Source: Escherichia coli (GTDB lineage Bacteria > Pseudomonadota > Gammaproteobacteria > Enterobacterales > Enterobacteriaceae). From it: 64,000 nucleotides of DNA. A program made the position numbers and the translations under genes. Within the stretch, counting starts at the first letter, position 1, and the number at the start of each line of letters is the position of its first letter. Positions 31,581 through 44,161 of this stretch are shown piece by piece. Location of the stretch: the NCBI RefSeq assembly GCF_003334355.1, contig NZ_QOWP01000022.1. One strand, written 5' to 3'. The notes below the pieces were generated by a model. The model was not told the origin of the DNA, made no database searches, and saw only the letters and a list, made by a program, of their open reading frames with translations.

Positions 31581-33005
31581 TTACTGCATTAACAGGTAGA
31601 TGGTGCTGTCGCCGCGCTGAATGTTGAGTGCCAGCACAGACGGTTTGCTGTCGAGAACTTTACGCAGTTCAGCGATGTTTTTCACTGCCTGCTGGTTCGC
31701 GCCAATAATCACATCACCTTTCTTCAGGCCGATCTGCGCAGCCGGAGTGCCCGTTTTCACGTTGTTCACTACCACGCCCTGATCTTTGCCTTTGTTGCTC
31801 ATCTCAGCGCCTTCAATGCCGTTGAAGATGGAGCTGGAATCAACCTGATTCTGGCTGCTCTGCTGCAGTTCCAGGTTCACGTTAACCTGCTTACCGTCGC
31901 GCAGTAAGCCCAGGGTCAGTTTGCTGCCTACCGGCATAGTACCCACCTGAGCACGCAGTGCGGCAAAGCTGCTGATCGGCTTACCGTTCAGTGAGGTGAT
32001 CACATCACCCGCTTTAATGCCCGCTTTTGCAGCGGAGGAATTAGGCAGAACCTGGCTTACGAAAGCACCGCGCTGGGCGTCAACTTTCATCGCTTTCGCC
32101 AGTTCGGAGTTCAGCTCAGTCCCCATAATACCCAGCTCACCGCGTTTCACCTGGCCGTATTCCACCATCTGCGAGGTCAGGTTTTTCACCATGTTACTCG
32201 GGATAGCAAAACCGATACCGATGTTGCCGCCGTCCGGTGCGAGGATCGCGGTGTTGATACCGATCAGTTCGCCGTTCAGGTTAACCAGCGCACCACCGGA
32301 GTTACCACGGTTGATCGCTGCATCGGTCTGGATGAAGTTTTCGTAGTTTTCGGCATTCAGGCCGCTACGCCCCAGCGCAGAGACAATCCCGGAAGTTACC
32401 GTCTCGCCCAGACCAAACGGGTTACCAATCGCTACGGTGTAATCACCCACGCGCAGTGCATCAGAATCCGCCATCTTAATTGCGGTCAGGTTTTTCGGGT
32501 TCTGGATTTGGATCAGCGCGATATCAGAGCGCGGATCTTTGCCAACCATCTTCGCGTCGAACTTACGGCCATCGCTCAGTTGAACTTTAATGACCGTCGC
32601 GTTATCAACAACGTGGTTGTTGGTGACGACATAGCCTTTATCGGCATCAATGATGACGCCGGAACCCAGCGCCATGAATTTCTGTTGCTGGCCGCCACCA
32701 TTACCGCCCTGGCCACCCTGGCAGAACGGAGAGCTCTGGAACGGAGAACCTTCCTGGCAGAACGGAGAATCATCACCGAAGAACTGCTGGAAATTACGCG
32801 GCATACGCGGCGTATTAACGGTTGTGCTACCTTCTACGTTAATGCTGACCACTGAAGGCATCACCTTTTCGAGCATCGGTGCAAGGCTTGGCATCTGCTG
32901 GGCTGTCGTTGCTGAAGAAGTCTCAGCCGCCGTTGCAGAGAGCGGAGATAACGCCAAACCTAAACTCAGAGCCAGTGCACTCAGTGCTAATGTGGTTTTT
33001 TTCAT
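31581..33005 (-). CDS. degP: periplasmic serine endoprotease/chaperone DegP (HtrA)
   Basis: 474 aa ORF with signal peptide, trypsin-like domain (GNSGG) and two PDZ regions. Confidence 0.97.
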   Translation of the reverse strand: MKKTTLALSALALSLGLALSPLSATAAETSSATTAQQMPSLAPMLEKVMPSVVSINVEGSTTVNTPRMPRNFQQFFGDDSPFCQEGSPFQSSPFCQGGQGGNGGGQQQKFMALGSGVIIDADKGYVVTNNHVVDNATVIKVQLSDGRKFDAKMVGKDPRSDIALIQIQNPKNLTAIKMADSDALRVGDYTVAIGNPFGLGETVTSGIVSALGRSGLNAENYENFIQTDAAINRGNSGGALVNLNGELIGINTAILAPDGGNIGIGFAIPSNMVKNLTSQMVEYGQVKRGELGIMGTELNSELAKAMKVDAQRGAFVSQVLPNSSAAKAGIKAGDVITSLNGKPISSFAALRAQVGTMPVGSKLTLGLLRDGKQVNVNLELQQSSQNQVDSSSIFNGIEGAEMSNKGKDQGVVVNNVKTGTPAAQIGLKKGDVIIGANQQAVKNIAELRKVLDSKPSVLALNIQRGDSTIYLLMQ

Positions 33006-33050
33006 GTATTTCAGTCTCGATTAACAGATAACGCAAAATTGCTGTGTTCT

Positions 33051-33078
33051 TCAGATTCGTTTTATAGCCTGAAGTTCC
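33051..33078 (-). promoter_or_regulatory. sigma-E type promoter upstream of degP
   Basis: On minus strand GGAACTT, then 16 nt, then TCTGA, about 45 bp upstream of degP start; matches sigma-E -35/-10 consensus. Confidence 0.75.
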
Positions 33079-33134
33079 GAACTAAAGTTTCTGCAAAAGG
33101 TAAAAATTTATTGTTCGTCTTTACAAAAGCCTGG

Positions 33135-34652
33135 TTATTGTTCTACGGCCATCAGACGTCGGTATTCATCCCACGCATAGAGGTCGGTCATACCGCTGAT
33201 ATAATCCTGCAGCAGGCGGCAACGGTAATAATATTCCCATAGCGGAAACTCAGGAGAATCTGACGGTAATTTACTGACAGCCTCGACATAGGCCAGCCGA
33301 TGGCGCGTCGAGAGTTTGTGGAATAAGCGCGATTCAATAGGGAAACGTTTCACCCGTTCTTTTTCTACCAGTTCAGTAAAGTCTGATAACGACAGGCTTA
33401 ATAAAGGACGATAAATCTCTAATAATCCGCTAATGACCCGATAGCCCTGCAATTCAAGCTGCTCGACATCTGGATGGCTAAACACATGTTTTACAGCGAC
33501 ATTTTTATATAGCTTAAGAAGATCGCTGCATTCGCTGGCATCTTCCAATAATGCATGATTAAACGTTCCGGCGAAAATCGCAGGCAGATTATCAATAAAT
33601 CGTTGTGCCGCGTAGGGTACCAGTTTATTTAGGGTGTTTACTCGTAAATACATAAAAAACTGATCTTCCGTACTGCGACTTAAACTATTTGAGCGTGATT
33701 TTTCCCAGGCATTTTCAACCACTAGCGAAAAGAGCGAACCTTTCTCATGCTGGCCCCACGCTTCGTGCAAATGATGATAAAGCTGCTCAACGGTAAATAT
33801 TCTTTTCTCTACCGCATCTTCAAGGTCTGCCACACAATAGGAGATGTCGTCGGCAGCTTCCATAATCCACGTTAATGGAAAACGACTGTAAAGCGCCAAA
33901 TTAAGTTCTTTACGCAACCGCGCAATATAGGCTTCTTCAGAAAGATAATAACCCGGCTTTTTCATTAAATAGTGATGTGTCTCAGGCGTTTCGCCACGCC
34001 ACCACGCCGGACGGGTATATTTTAAAATACCGCCAACCTGTGCCCAGGTGAGATTCATCCGCATCAATGTATGCACCAGACGAATGCCTTGTGCATTCCC
34101 CTCAAAATGACATAAGTCCTGACGAATCTTGCGCCGCAGCTCGTTAAGCGGTTCTTCCCCGTCCCGTAAACGTAGTGCCGCCACGCTGCAGCGATCGTCA
34201 GTCAGAGGCTGGCTTTCGGCATCTTCCGGGTGCAAACGTTGGCGAAACCAGTCATTTATCGCTGCTTCGCCAAAATGACCAAACGGCGGATTGCCGATAT
34301 CGTGCATCAGGCATGACATCTCAACAATGCTTTCAAAGGGGCCGGTCAGTTCATCCAGGCCGTATGCTTCCAGCAATTTAAGCTCTTTCAGACGGCTTAA
34401 AATTTCTTTGGCGATGTAGCGTCCCACCTGCTGGACTTCCATCGAGTGGGTAAGACGCGTGCGCACGGCGGCATTGCGCTCCAGTGGAAAAACCTGGGTC
34501 TTTTGTTGCAGACGACGAATTGCCGGAGAGTTGATGATACGCCCGCGATCGCTCTCGAAGATCCGCAGGATCTCATGTTCGGTTTTAACGCCCTGCGGTG
34601 AACGGTAACGACGATGCCAGTTTATTTTTTTTCGGAAATCAATCTGTGCCAT
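33135..34652 (-). CDS. dgt: dGTP triphosphohydrolase
   Basis: 505 aa ORF with HD-domain motifs; recognised Dgt. Confidence 0.95.
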
Positions 34653-34735
34653 GTCCTCTCCCGCGTGAGAAATACGCTTCCCCGTAAGCGCATGGTAAAC
34701 TATGCCTTCAAATCGGGCTTATCGCGAGTAAATCT

Positions 34736-35434
34736 ATGAAAATCGGCATCATTGGTGCAATGGAAGAAGAAGTTACGCTGCTGCGTGACAAAATCGAAAA
34801 CCGTCAAACTATCAGTCTCGGCGGTTGCGAAATCTATACCGGCCAACTGAATGGAACCGAGGTTGCGCTTCTGAAATCGGGCATCGGTAAAGTCGCTGCG
34901 GCGCTGGGTGCCACTCTGCTGTTGGAACACTGCAAGCCAGATGTGATTATTAACACCGGTTCTGCCGGTGGCCTGGCACCAACGTTGAAAGTGGGCGATA
35001 TCGTTGTCTCGGACGAAGCACGTTATCACGACGCGGATGTCACGGCATTTGGTTATGAATACGGTCAGTTACCAGGCTGTCCGGCAGGCTTTAAAGCTGA
35101 CGATAAACTGATCGCTGCCGCTGAGGCCTGCATTGCCGAACTGAATCTTAACGCTGTACGTGGCCTGATTGTTAGCGGCGACGCTTTCATCAACGGTTCT
35201 GTTGGTCTGGCGAAAATCCGCCACAACTTCCCACAGGCCATTGCTGTAGAGATGGAAGCGACGGCAATCGCCCATGTCTGCCACAATTTCAACGTCCCGT
35301 TTGTCGTAGTACGCGCCATCTCCGACGTGGCCGATCAACAGTCTCATCTTAGCTTCGATGAGTTCCTGGCTGTTGCCGCTAAACAGTCCAGCCTGATGGT
35401 TGAGTCACTGGTGCAGAAACTGGCACATGGCTAA
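34736..35434 (+). CDS. mtnN: 5'-methylthioadenosine/S-adenosylhomocysteine nucleosidase
   Basis: 232 aa [16 protein letters not shown]...; recognised Pfs/MtnN. Confidence 0.96.
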   Translation: MKIGIIGAMEEEVTLLRDKIENRQTISLGGCEIYTGQLNGTEVALLKSGIGKVAAALGATLLLEHCKPDVIINTGSAGGLAPTLKVGDIVVSDEARYHDADVTAFGYEYGQLPGCPAGFKADDKLIAAAEACIAELNLNAVRGLIVSGDAFINGSVGLAKIRHNFPQAIAVEMEATAIAHVCHNFNVPFVVVRAISDVADQQSHLSFDEFLAVAAKQSSLMVESLVQKLAHG

Positions 35435-36227
35435 GTCACTGTTCAGGGCGCTGGTCGCCCTGTCTTTTCTCGCGCCACTGTGGCTCAACGCCGCGCCGCG
35501 CGTCATCACGCTTTCTCCCGCCAACACTGAACTTGCCTTTGCCGCCGGGATCACGCCGGTTGGGGTCAGCAGCTATTCCGACTATCCTCCACAAGCGCAA
35601 AAGATTGAGCAGGTTTCCACCTGGCAGGGGATGAATCTGGAACGCATTGTCGCGCTGAAACCCGATCTGGTGATTGCCTGGCGTGGAGGTAATGCCGAGC
35701 GGCAGGTTGACCAGCTGGCTTCGCTGGGAATAAAAGTGATGTGGGTCGATGCGACAAGCATTGAACAAATTGCCAATGCGTTACGTCAACTGGCCCCCTG
35801 GAGTCCGCAACCGGATAAGGCCGAACAAGCCGCGCAATCCCTGCTGGATCAGTACGCGCAATTGAAAGCGCAATATGCTGATAAACCTAAAAAACGTGTT
35901 TTTCTGCAATTCGGCATTAATCCGCCATTTACCAGTGGAAAAGAGTCGATTCAAAACCAGGTACTCGAAGTTTGTGGCGGAGAAAACATCTTTAAAGACA
36001 GCCGGGTTCCCTGGCCGCAAGTTAGCCGCGAACAGGTGTTAGCACGCTCGCCACAGGCGATTGTCATTACAGGCGGACCGGACCAAATTCCTAAAATCAA
36101 ACAATACTGGGGTGAACAGCTCAAAATTCCCGTTATTCCTCTCACGAGTGACTGGTTTGAACGTGCAAGCCCACGTATTATCCTCGCTGCACAACAGCTC
36201 TGTAATGCGCTTTCACAGGTAGATTAG
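35427..36227 (+). CDS. btuF: vitamin B12 periplasmic binding protein
   Basis: ORF recognised as BtuF; start trimmed to [14 protein letters not shown] (266 aa), overlapping mtnN 3' end by 8 nt. Confidence 0.92.
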   Translation: MAKSLFRALVALSFLAPLWLNAAPRVITLSPANTELAFAAGITPVGVSSYSDYPPQAQKIEQVSTWQGMNLERIVALKPDLVIAWRGGNAERQVDQLASLGIKVMWVDATSIEQIANALRQLAPWSPQPDKAEQAAQSLLDQYAQLKAQYADKPKKRVFLQFGINPPFTSGKESIQNQVLEVCGGENIFKDSRVPWPQVSREQVLARSPQAIVITGGPDQIPKIKQYWGEQLKIPVIPLTSDWFERASPRIILAAQQLCNALSQVD

Positions 36228-36264
36228 CGCCAGACCTTTTCAGGTGCTCAGTGGGGATTGAACA

Positions 36265-36888
36265 ATGCTCGTCTATTGGCTGGATATAGTCGGCACAGCG
36301 GTATTTGCCATCTCCGGCGTTTTGTTAGCCGGAAAATTGCGTATGGACCCTTTTGGTGTTCTGGTACTGGGCGTGGTTACCGCTGTAGGCGGCGGGACAA
36401 TTCGCGACATGGCGCTGGATCACGGCCCGGTATTTTGGGTGAAAGATCCCACCGATCTGGTCGTTGCAATGGTCACCAGCATGCTGACCATCGTGCTGGT
36501 GCGCCAGCCAAGACGCTTACCAAAATGGATGTTGCCGGTGCTGGACGCCGTTGGTCTGGCGGTGTTTGTCGGCATTGGCGTGAATAAAGCCTTTAATGCG
36601 GAAGCCGGTCCGTTAATCGCGGTTTGTATGGGCGTCATTACTGGCGTTGGCGGCGGGATCATTCGTGATGTTCTGGCCCGCGAAATCCCCATGATTTTAC
36701 GTACAGAAATCTACGCAACTGCCTGTATTATCGGCGGTATTGTCCACGCTACGGCTTATTACACATTTTCCGTACCACTGGAAACAGCCAGTATGATGGG
36801 CATGGTCGTGACGCTATTGATTCGGCTGGCGGCTATTCGTTGGCATCTTAAGCTACCGACGTTTGCGCTGGATGAGAATGGGCGTTGA
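36265..36888 (+). CDS. yadS: TRIC-family inner membrane protein YadS
   Basis: 207 aa hydrophobic ORF with duplicated GGGxIRD motif. Confidence 0.9.
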   Translation: MLVYWLDIVGTAVFAISGVLLAGKLRMDPFGVLVLGVVTAVGGGTIRDMALDHGPVFWVKDPTDLVVAMVTSMLTIVLVRQPRRLPKWMLPVLDAVGLAVFVGIGVNKAFNAEAGPLIAVCMGVITGVGGGIIRDVLAREIPMILRTEIYATACIIGGIVHATAYYTFSVPLETASMMGMVVTLLIRLAAIRWHLKLPTFALDENGR

Positions 36889-36898
36889 AGAGAGAAGA

Positions 36899-36925
36899 TG
36901 TGCCGGATAGTTTATCCGGCACATG
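36899..36925. repeat. perfect palindrome between convergent yadS and erpA
   Basis: atgtgccggata-gtt-tatccggcacat; 12-bp arms. Confidence 0.5.
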
Positions 36926-36934
36926 AACAACAGA

Positions 36935-37279
36935 TTAGATACTAAAGGAAGAACCGCAACCGCAGGTGCTTTTCGCGTTCGGGTTGGTCACGATGAAACG
37001 AGAACCTTCCAGACCTTCGGTATAATCAACGGAACCGCCGACCAGATATTGCAGGCTCATCGGATCAACCACCAGGCCAACGCCCTGTTTTTCGATGGTC
37101 ATATCGCCTTCGTTCACCTGATCATCAAAGGTGAAACCATACTGGAAGCCGCTGCAACCGCCACCGGTGATATACACGCGTAATTTCAGATTCGGGTTAT
37201 CTTCGTCAGCGATCAGGCTTTTAACTTTGTTGGCTGCTGCGTCGGTAAACTCCAGCGGCAGTGCTACGTCATCACTCAT
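36935..37279 (-). CDS. erpA: Fe-S cluster insertion protein ErpA
   Basis: ORF recognised as ErpA; start trimmed to [11 protein letters not shown] (114 aa); C-terminal CGCGSSF. Confidence 0.93.
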
Positions 37280-37360
37280 ATTTTGCTCCAAACGACATCG
37301 GCAATTGGGCAAATTCTAACCCAATAATAATCGCCATTATCTAATACCCTGGTATTTCGT

Positions 37361-38800
<1,440 letters not shown>

Positions 38801-39006
38801 TCATACAAATAAGATGACGGCATTTTACTCGCACGTTCCATGAAAATCCTTTGCAAAGCGTAATGTTTCAAATGCACAAAACTTTTATACTCTAAGAAAT
38901 CAGGATTGCACCAGTACAAGCAGCCTGATGTTTGACGAGTATTTAACTTGTTATGAATAACATAGAATAGCAGCCATTCACTTTTTCTACGAATCAGGAA
39001 CCCTCC

Positions 39007-40287
39007 ATGAGTAAGTCTGAAAATCTTTACAGCGCAGCGCGCGAGCTGATCCCTGGCGGTGTGAACTCCCCTGTTCGCGCCTTTACTGGCGTGGGCGGCA
39101 CTCCACTGTTTATCGAAAAAGCGGACGGCGCTTATCTGTACGATGTTGATGGCAAAGCCTATATCGATTATGTCGGTTCCTGGGGGCCGATGGTGCTGGG
39201 CCATAACCATCCGGCAATCCGCAATGCCGTGATTGAAGCCGCCGAGCGTGGTTTAAGCTTTGGTGCACCAACCGAAATGGAAGTGAAAATGGCGCAACTG
39301 GTGACCGAACTGGTCCCGACCATGGATATGGTGCGCATGGTGAACTCCGGCACTGAAGCGACCATGAGCGCCATCCGCCTGGCCCGTGGTTTTACCGGTC
39401 GCGACAAAATTATTAAATTTGAAGGGTGTTACCATGGTCACGCTGACTGCCTGCTGGTGAAAGCCGGTTCTGGCGCACTCACGTTAGGCCAGCCAAACTC
39501 GCCGGGCGTTCCGGCAGATTTCGCCAAACATACCTTAACCTGTACTTATAATGATCTGGCTTCTGTACGCGCCGCATTTGAGCAATACCCGCAAGAGATT
39601 GCCTGTATTATCGTCGAGCCGGTGGCAGGCAATATGAACTGTGTTCCGCCGCTGCCAGAGTTCCTGCCAGGTCTGCGCGCGCTGTGCGACGAATTTGGCG
39701 CGTTGCTGATCATCGATGAAGTGATGACCGGTTTCCGCGTAGCGCTAGCTGGCGCACAGGATTATTACGGCGTAGTGCCAGATTTAACCTGCCTCGGCAA
39801 AATCATCGGCGGTGGAATGCCGGTAGGCGCATTCGGTGGTCGTCGTGATGTAATGGATGCGCTGGCCCCGACGGGTCCGGTCTATCAGGCGGGTACGCTT
39901 TCCGGTAACCCGATTGCGATGGCAGCGGGTTTCGCCTGTCTGAATGAAGTCGCGCAGCCGGGCGTTCACGAAACGCTGGATGAGCTGACAACACGTCTGG
40001 CAGAAGGTCTGCTGGAAGCGGCAGAAGAAGCCGGAATTCCGCTGGTCGTTAACCACGTTGGCGGCATGTTCGGTATTTTCTTTACCGACGCCGAGTCCGT
40101 GACGTGCTATCAGGATGTGATGGCCTGTGACGTGGAACGCTTTAAGCGTTTCTTCCATATGATGCTGGACGAAGGTGTTTACCTGGCACCGTCAGCGTTT
40201 GAAGCGGGCTTTATGTCCGTGGCGCACAGCATGGAAGATATCAATAACACCATCGATGCTGCACGTCGGGTGTTTGCGAAGTTGTGA
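39007..40287 (+). CDS. hemL: glutamate-1-semialdehyde 2,1-aminomutase
   Basis: 426 aa ORF recognised as HemL. Confidence 0.97.
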   Translation: MSKSENLYSAARELIPGGVNSPVRAFTGVGGTPLFIEKADGAYLYDVDGKAYIDYVGSWGPMVLGHNHPAIRNAVIEAAERGLSFGAPTEMEVKMAQLVTELVPTMDMVRMVNSGTEATMSAIRLARGFTGRDKIIKFEGCYHGHADCLLVKAGSGALTLGQPNSPGVPADFAKHTLTCTYNDLASVRAAFEQYPQEIACIIVEPVAGNMNCVPPLPEFLPGLRALCDEFGALLIIDEVMTGFRVALAGAQDYYGVVPDLTCLGKIIGGGMPVGAFGGRRDVMDALAPTGPVYQAGTLSGNPIAMAAGFACLNEVAQPGVHETLDELTTRLAEGLLEAAEEAGIPLVVNHVGGMFGIFFTDAESVTCYQDVMACDVERFKRFFHMMLDEGVYLAPSAFEAGFMSVAHSMEDINNTIDAARRVFAKL

Positions 40288-40296
40288 TCCAGCATG

Positions 40297-40425
<129 letters not shown>

Positions 40426-40444
40426 GGGCCGTTATATGGAAAAA

Positions 40445-42427
40445 TTAACGGCTCTGCTTTCTCAGCAAATAGATAAAATATGGCGCGCCGATAAAGGTCG
40501 ACAGCAGCCCCGCCGGGATCTGGAACGGAAACAGCACCATCCGCCCACACCAGTCAGCGAACACCAGCAGTAAACCACCCACCAGCGCCGAAATTACGAT
40601 GTGTGGCATCGTCCGTCGAAAACCCATCATCCGCGCAATATGCGGTGCCATTAAACCAACAAAACTCAACGGTCCAATAGTCATCGTCGCGGTCGCCGTC
40701 AGGCAAGCCGCTAACAGCAGCAGCGCAATTCGCGTCGGCGTCAGCGCCATTCCTACGGCTCGGGCGGTATCACCACCCAGCGGTAAAATGGTCAGCCAGC
40801 GGCGGCACAGCGGGGTAATCGCCAGCAAAATCACCATCACAATTCCGGTGCGCCAGACCTGCGCATCGGTCGCGTTGTAGGTCGAACCGGAAATCCAGGT
40901 CAGCACTTGCGCCATTCGCGGGTCACCACTTGCCTGCAACATCATCAAAAGCATGGTGAACGCGGTGCTTAACGCCATCCCCGCCAGTAACATACGGTGT
41001 GGGGAAAATCCACCGCGGCCGGCGGCGATCATAATGATCAACAGCGTCACCGCCGCGCCGAGACTGCCTGCAGGTAACAGCCAGCCAAAGGCATTACCCG
41101 GCACCAGAAACAGCATCAACACCACGCCAAACGCCGCGCCGGAGCTAATCCCCAGCACTTCCGGGCTTGCCATCGGGTTTCCGGTCAGTCGCTGAATAAT
41201 ACAGCCCGCCACCGCCAGCATGACGCCCGCAAACAGCGCCGCCATAATTCGCGGCCAGCGCCAGGGCATTAAATCCTCGAGCAACGCCCCGCTCGCCCAC
41301 GTCCAGCCGTGCGCATCACGACCAAACGACAGCGCCACCACCACAACCATCAACAGCAGCACGCCGCCCGCGAGGGCAAACGCCAGCACATGTTGGCGTT
41401 CAGCCGCGACACGATCGTTGACCTTCATATCCGGCGCGCTAATGCTGCGTAAACGCGGCAACAGCCACAGTAGCAGCGGCGCACCGATCAACGCAGTGAC
41501 CGAACCGGTGGAAACTTCCATCCACACGCGAGTCAGCCAGAGGATGATTTGATCAGAAAGCCACAGAATTAACGCACCAATCAGCGACGCCAGCATCAAC
41601 CGTGGCAACAAACGCCGCGCCCCCAGCATTTTTGCCAGCAGTGGCGCGAACAACCCGATAAAGCCGATAATCCCCACTGCGTTCACCAGCAGCGCACTGA
41701 TGACTATCGCCAGCGACAGCGCCGCCAGACGCGCGAGCGACAAGGCCAGCCCGAGATTGCGCGCCACGCCATCATCAAGCCCCATCAGGGTTAACGGACG
41801 AAGTAGCAGTAACGTCAGCATCACGCCGCCCAGCAACTGCGGCCATAAACGCTCAACGCCGCCCCAGTCGGTTTGCGTCAGCGTTCCGGTGCTCCACAGG
41901 AACATGCTTTGCAACTGGTCATGATGGAAGATAACCAGTAACTGATTGATTGCCCCACAATAAAGGCTCACTACCAGCCCCGCGAGAATCAGCGTTACCG
42001 GCGACAGCCGTTTCCCCCACGCGACGCCAAAGACAATTAAGCCAACAACGCAAGCCCCTGCCAGCGCAGCAAACTGGCTCGCCATAGCACCTGGGATCGC
42101 CCAGAGCGTAGTGACGGTAATCCCCAGTTGCGCGCCTGTTGCAACGCCCAACGTCGTCGGTTCCGCCAGAGGATTACGCAGCACTTGCTGAAACAGCACG
42201 CCCACCAGCCCCAGGCCCGCGCCCACCAGCAGCGAAATCGCCAGACGCGGCAACAAGCTGTAGTGAAAAATCATCTGCTCGATGACGTCAATATCCGGCG
42301 ACCAGGCAGCCTGCGCCCACTGGCTACGCGGCAGCGCCTGCGAGAAGTTCATCCAGGTCAGCGCCGTAGCGGCAATCACCAGCAACGCCAGCAATAACGC
42401 CGGAAAAAGCGCAATTCGTTTACTCAC
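40445..42427 (-). CDS. fhuB: ferrichrome ABC transporter permease
   Basis: 660 aa duplicated-permease ORF recognised as FhuB. Confidence 0.95.
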   Translation of the reverse strand: MSKRIALFPALLLALLVIAATALTWMNFSQALPRSQWAQAAWSPDIDVIEQMIFHYSLLPRLAISLLVGAGLGLVGVLFQQVLRNPLAEPTTLGVATGAQLGITVTTLWAIPGAMASQFAALAGACVVGLIVFGVAWGKRLSPVTLILAGLVVSLYCGAINQLLVIFHHDQLQSMFLWSTGTLTQTDWGGVERLWPQLLGGVMLTLLLLRPLTLMGLDDGVARNLGLALSLARLAALSLAIVISALLVNAVGIIGFIGLFAPLLAKMLGARRLLPRLMLASLIGALILWLSDQIILWLTRVWMEVSTGSVTALIGAPLLLWLLPRLRSISAPDMKVNDRVAAERQHVLAFALAGGVLLLMVVVVALSFGRDAHGWTWASGALLEDLMPWRWPRIMAALFAGVMLAVAGCIIQRLTGNPMASPEVLGISSGAAFGVVLMLFLVPGNAFGWLLPAGSLGAAVTLLIIMIAAGRGGFSPHRMLLAGMALSTAFTMLLMMLQASGDPRMAQVLTWISGSTYNATDAQVWRTGIVMVILLAITPLCRRWLTILPLGGDTARAVGMALTPTRIALLLLAACLTATATMTIGPLSFVGLMAPHIARMMGFRRTMPHIVISALVGGLLLVFADWCGRMVLFPFQIPAGLLSTFIGAPYFIYLLRKQSR

Positions 42428-43314
42428 GCTTTACCTCCGATGGCGTTATCCAGAACGCGCACAAAGTGCATTGCCGAGAGCGTCGCACCATAAAACCAGA
42501 CTGCGGGTACGCGCTGAAAGCGTCCGGCGCGGACAAACGGCATGGCCTGCCACAGCGGGGTTGCCATTAGCGCGTCCATGTCTTTGCTGTTGTCGTGATC
42601 AAAACAGAGCACATCAACATCTTTATACGCCGCCAGACGATCGATGCTGACGGCGGTACTGCCCCAGAAGTTGGTTTCCCCTTGCCAGGCATTTGGGATG
42701 CCGTACTCATCAAGAATTTCCTGAAACAAGCTGTTTGGACCGAAAACCAGCATATGGCGCGGATCGATAAGCGTCGTCAGCAATAACGGGCGTTCACCAC
42801 GCTTCACAAAGCGGGGTTTCATGCTGCGGATAAAGTCTTCATAGTGCGCTAAATGCGTTTCTGCTGCGCTTTGCAGGTTAAGTAAATCTGCCATTTCCGT
42901 CAGTGACTTACGCGCCATCGCCAGCGGCTGTTTGCCATCGCTGAAGTTAAATCCACGCCCCGGCGCAATACGAACCAGCATTTCTGGTGAAGGGCCATAT
43001 CCTGCCGACCAGACCATAAACGATGGTTTCATTTCGGTCAGCAGTTCAAGGTTAGGTTCTGTGCGCAAACCGACGTCGATCACTGAGTCCGGCAATGGTG
43101 GTTCGCTGACCCACAGGCGATAGTTGATGGTATCCGCCACGCCGTAAGGCACGATGCCGAGCGCCAGCAGTAATTCCACCGGCAACCACTCCAGCGCCAC
43201 AATACGATTGGGATCAATAGCCGCCGCGTGGGCGGTATTCATCTGCCATAACAACGGGGAAAGCGCCATCGCCGTTAACAGTCGACGGCGCGAAATAAGA
43301 GGTAAGCCGCTCAT
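42424..43314 (-). CDS. fhuD: ferrichrome periplasmic binding protein
   Basis: ORF recognised as FhuD; start at second Met (296 aa); the adjacent upstream ATG at 43315-43317 is an alternative. Confidence 0.93.
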   Translation of the reverse strand: MSGLPLISRRRLLTAMALSPLLWQMNTAHAAAIDPNRIVALEWLPVELLLALGIVPYGVADTINYRLWVSEPPLPDSVIDVGLRTEPNLELLTEMKPSFMVWSAGYGPSPEMLVRIAPGRGFNFSDGKQPLAMARKSLTEMADLLNLQSAAETHLAHYEDFIRSMKPRFVKRGERPLLLTTLIDPRHMLVFGPNSLFQEILDEYGIPNAWQGETNFWGSTAVSIDRLAAYKDVDVLCFDHDNSKDMDALMATPLWQAMPFVRAGRFQRVPAVWFYGATLSAMHFVRVLDNAIGGKA

Positions 43315-44111
43315 CAATAAACAAAACTCACAGGTGCAGCACCCGCCGGATGCGGCAAAATACCCATCGGGATGCCATAAATCATTTCGAGGGTTTCGCC
43401 GCGCATAATTTCCGCAGGCGTTCCCTGAGCAATCATTTCACCGCCGCGCAGGGCGACCAGATAATCACAGTAGCGTGCCGCCATATTGATATCGTGCAAC
43501 ACGGCAATGACCGTCAGGCCACGCTCCTGACTTAAACGGTGCACCAGCGACAGCACATCAACCTGGTGGGCGATATCCAGCGCCGAGGTCGGTTCGTCGA
43601 GCAACAGACAACGGCTATCCTGCGCCACCAGCATGGCGATCCACGCCCGCTGACGTTCGCCGCCAGAGAGACTATCGACCAGCCGATGCGCCAGCGGTTT
43701 TAAGCCAACCAGCGAGATAGCTTCCTCGACTTTTTCGCGATCTGCCGCCCCAAAGCGCCCCAGCGCGCCATGCCACGGGTAACGACCAATCGCCACCAGT
43801 TCACGCACGGTCATCCCTTCTGCCGGAGGAAGCTGCTGCGGCAAATAAGCCACTTTGCGGGCAAACGCTTTGCTGCTCCAGCTTTCCAGCGGTTGGGCAT
43901 CAAGAAGAATCTCCCCTTCCGACGGCGGCTGATGACGGCCAAGCATTTTGAGCAGAGTGGATTTACCAGAACCGTTGTGACCAATCAGACCGGTCACTTT
44001 CCCGGCAGGAAAGGTTAACGACAGCGGATGCAAAAGCGTGCGCCCGGGCACACGAAAGGAGATATTACGCAGTGCAAAAGTGGTATCGGAATGATTCGTG
44101 TATTCCTGCAT
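43314..44111 (-). CDS. fhuC: ferrichrome ABC transporter ATP-binding protein
   Basis: Walker A GHNGSGKST and LSGGERQR signature; start trimmed to MQEYTNHSD (265 aa). Confidence 0.93.
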   Translation of the reverse strand: MQEYTNHSDTTFALRNISFRVPGRTLLHPLSLTFPAGKVTGLIGHNGSGKSTLLKMLGRHQPPSEGEILLDAQPLESWSSKAFARKVAYLPQQLPPAEGMTVRELVAIGRYPWHGALGRFGAADREKVEEAISLVGLKPLAHRLVDSLSGGERQRAWIAMLVAQDSRCLLLDEPTSALDIAHQVDVLSLVHRLSQERGLTVIAVLHDINMAARYCDYLVALRGGEMIAQGTPAEIMRGETLEMIYGIPMGILPHPAGAAPVSFVY

Positions 44112-44161
44112 AACAGCCAACTTGTGAAATGGGCACGGAAATCCGTGCCCCAAAAGAGAAA

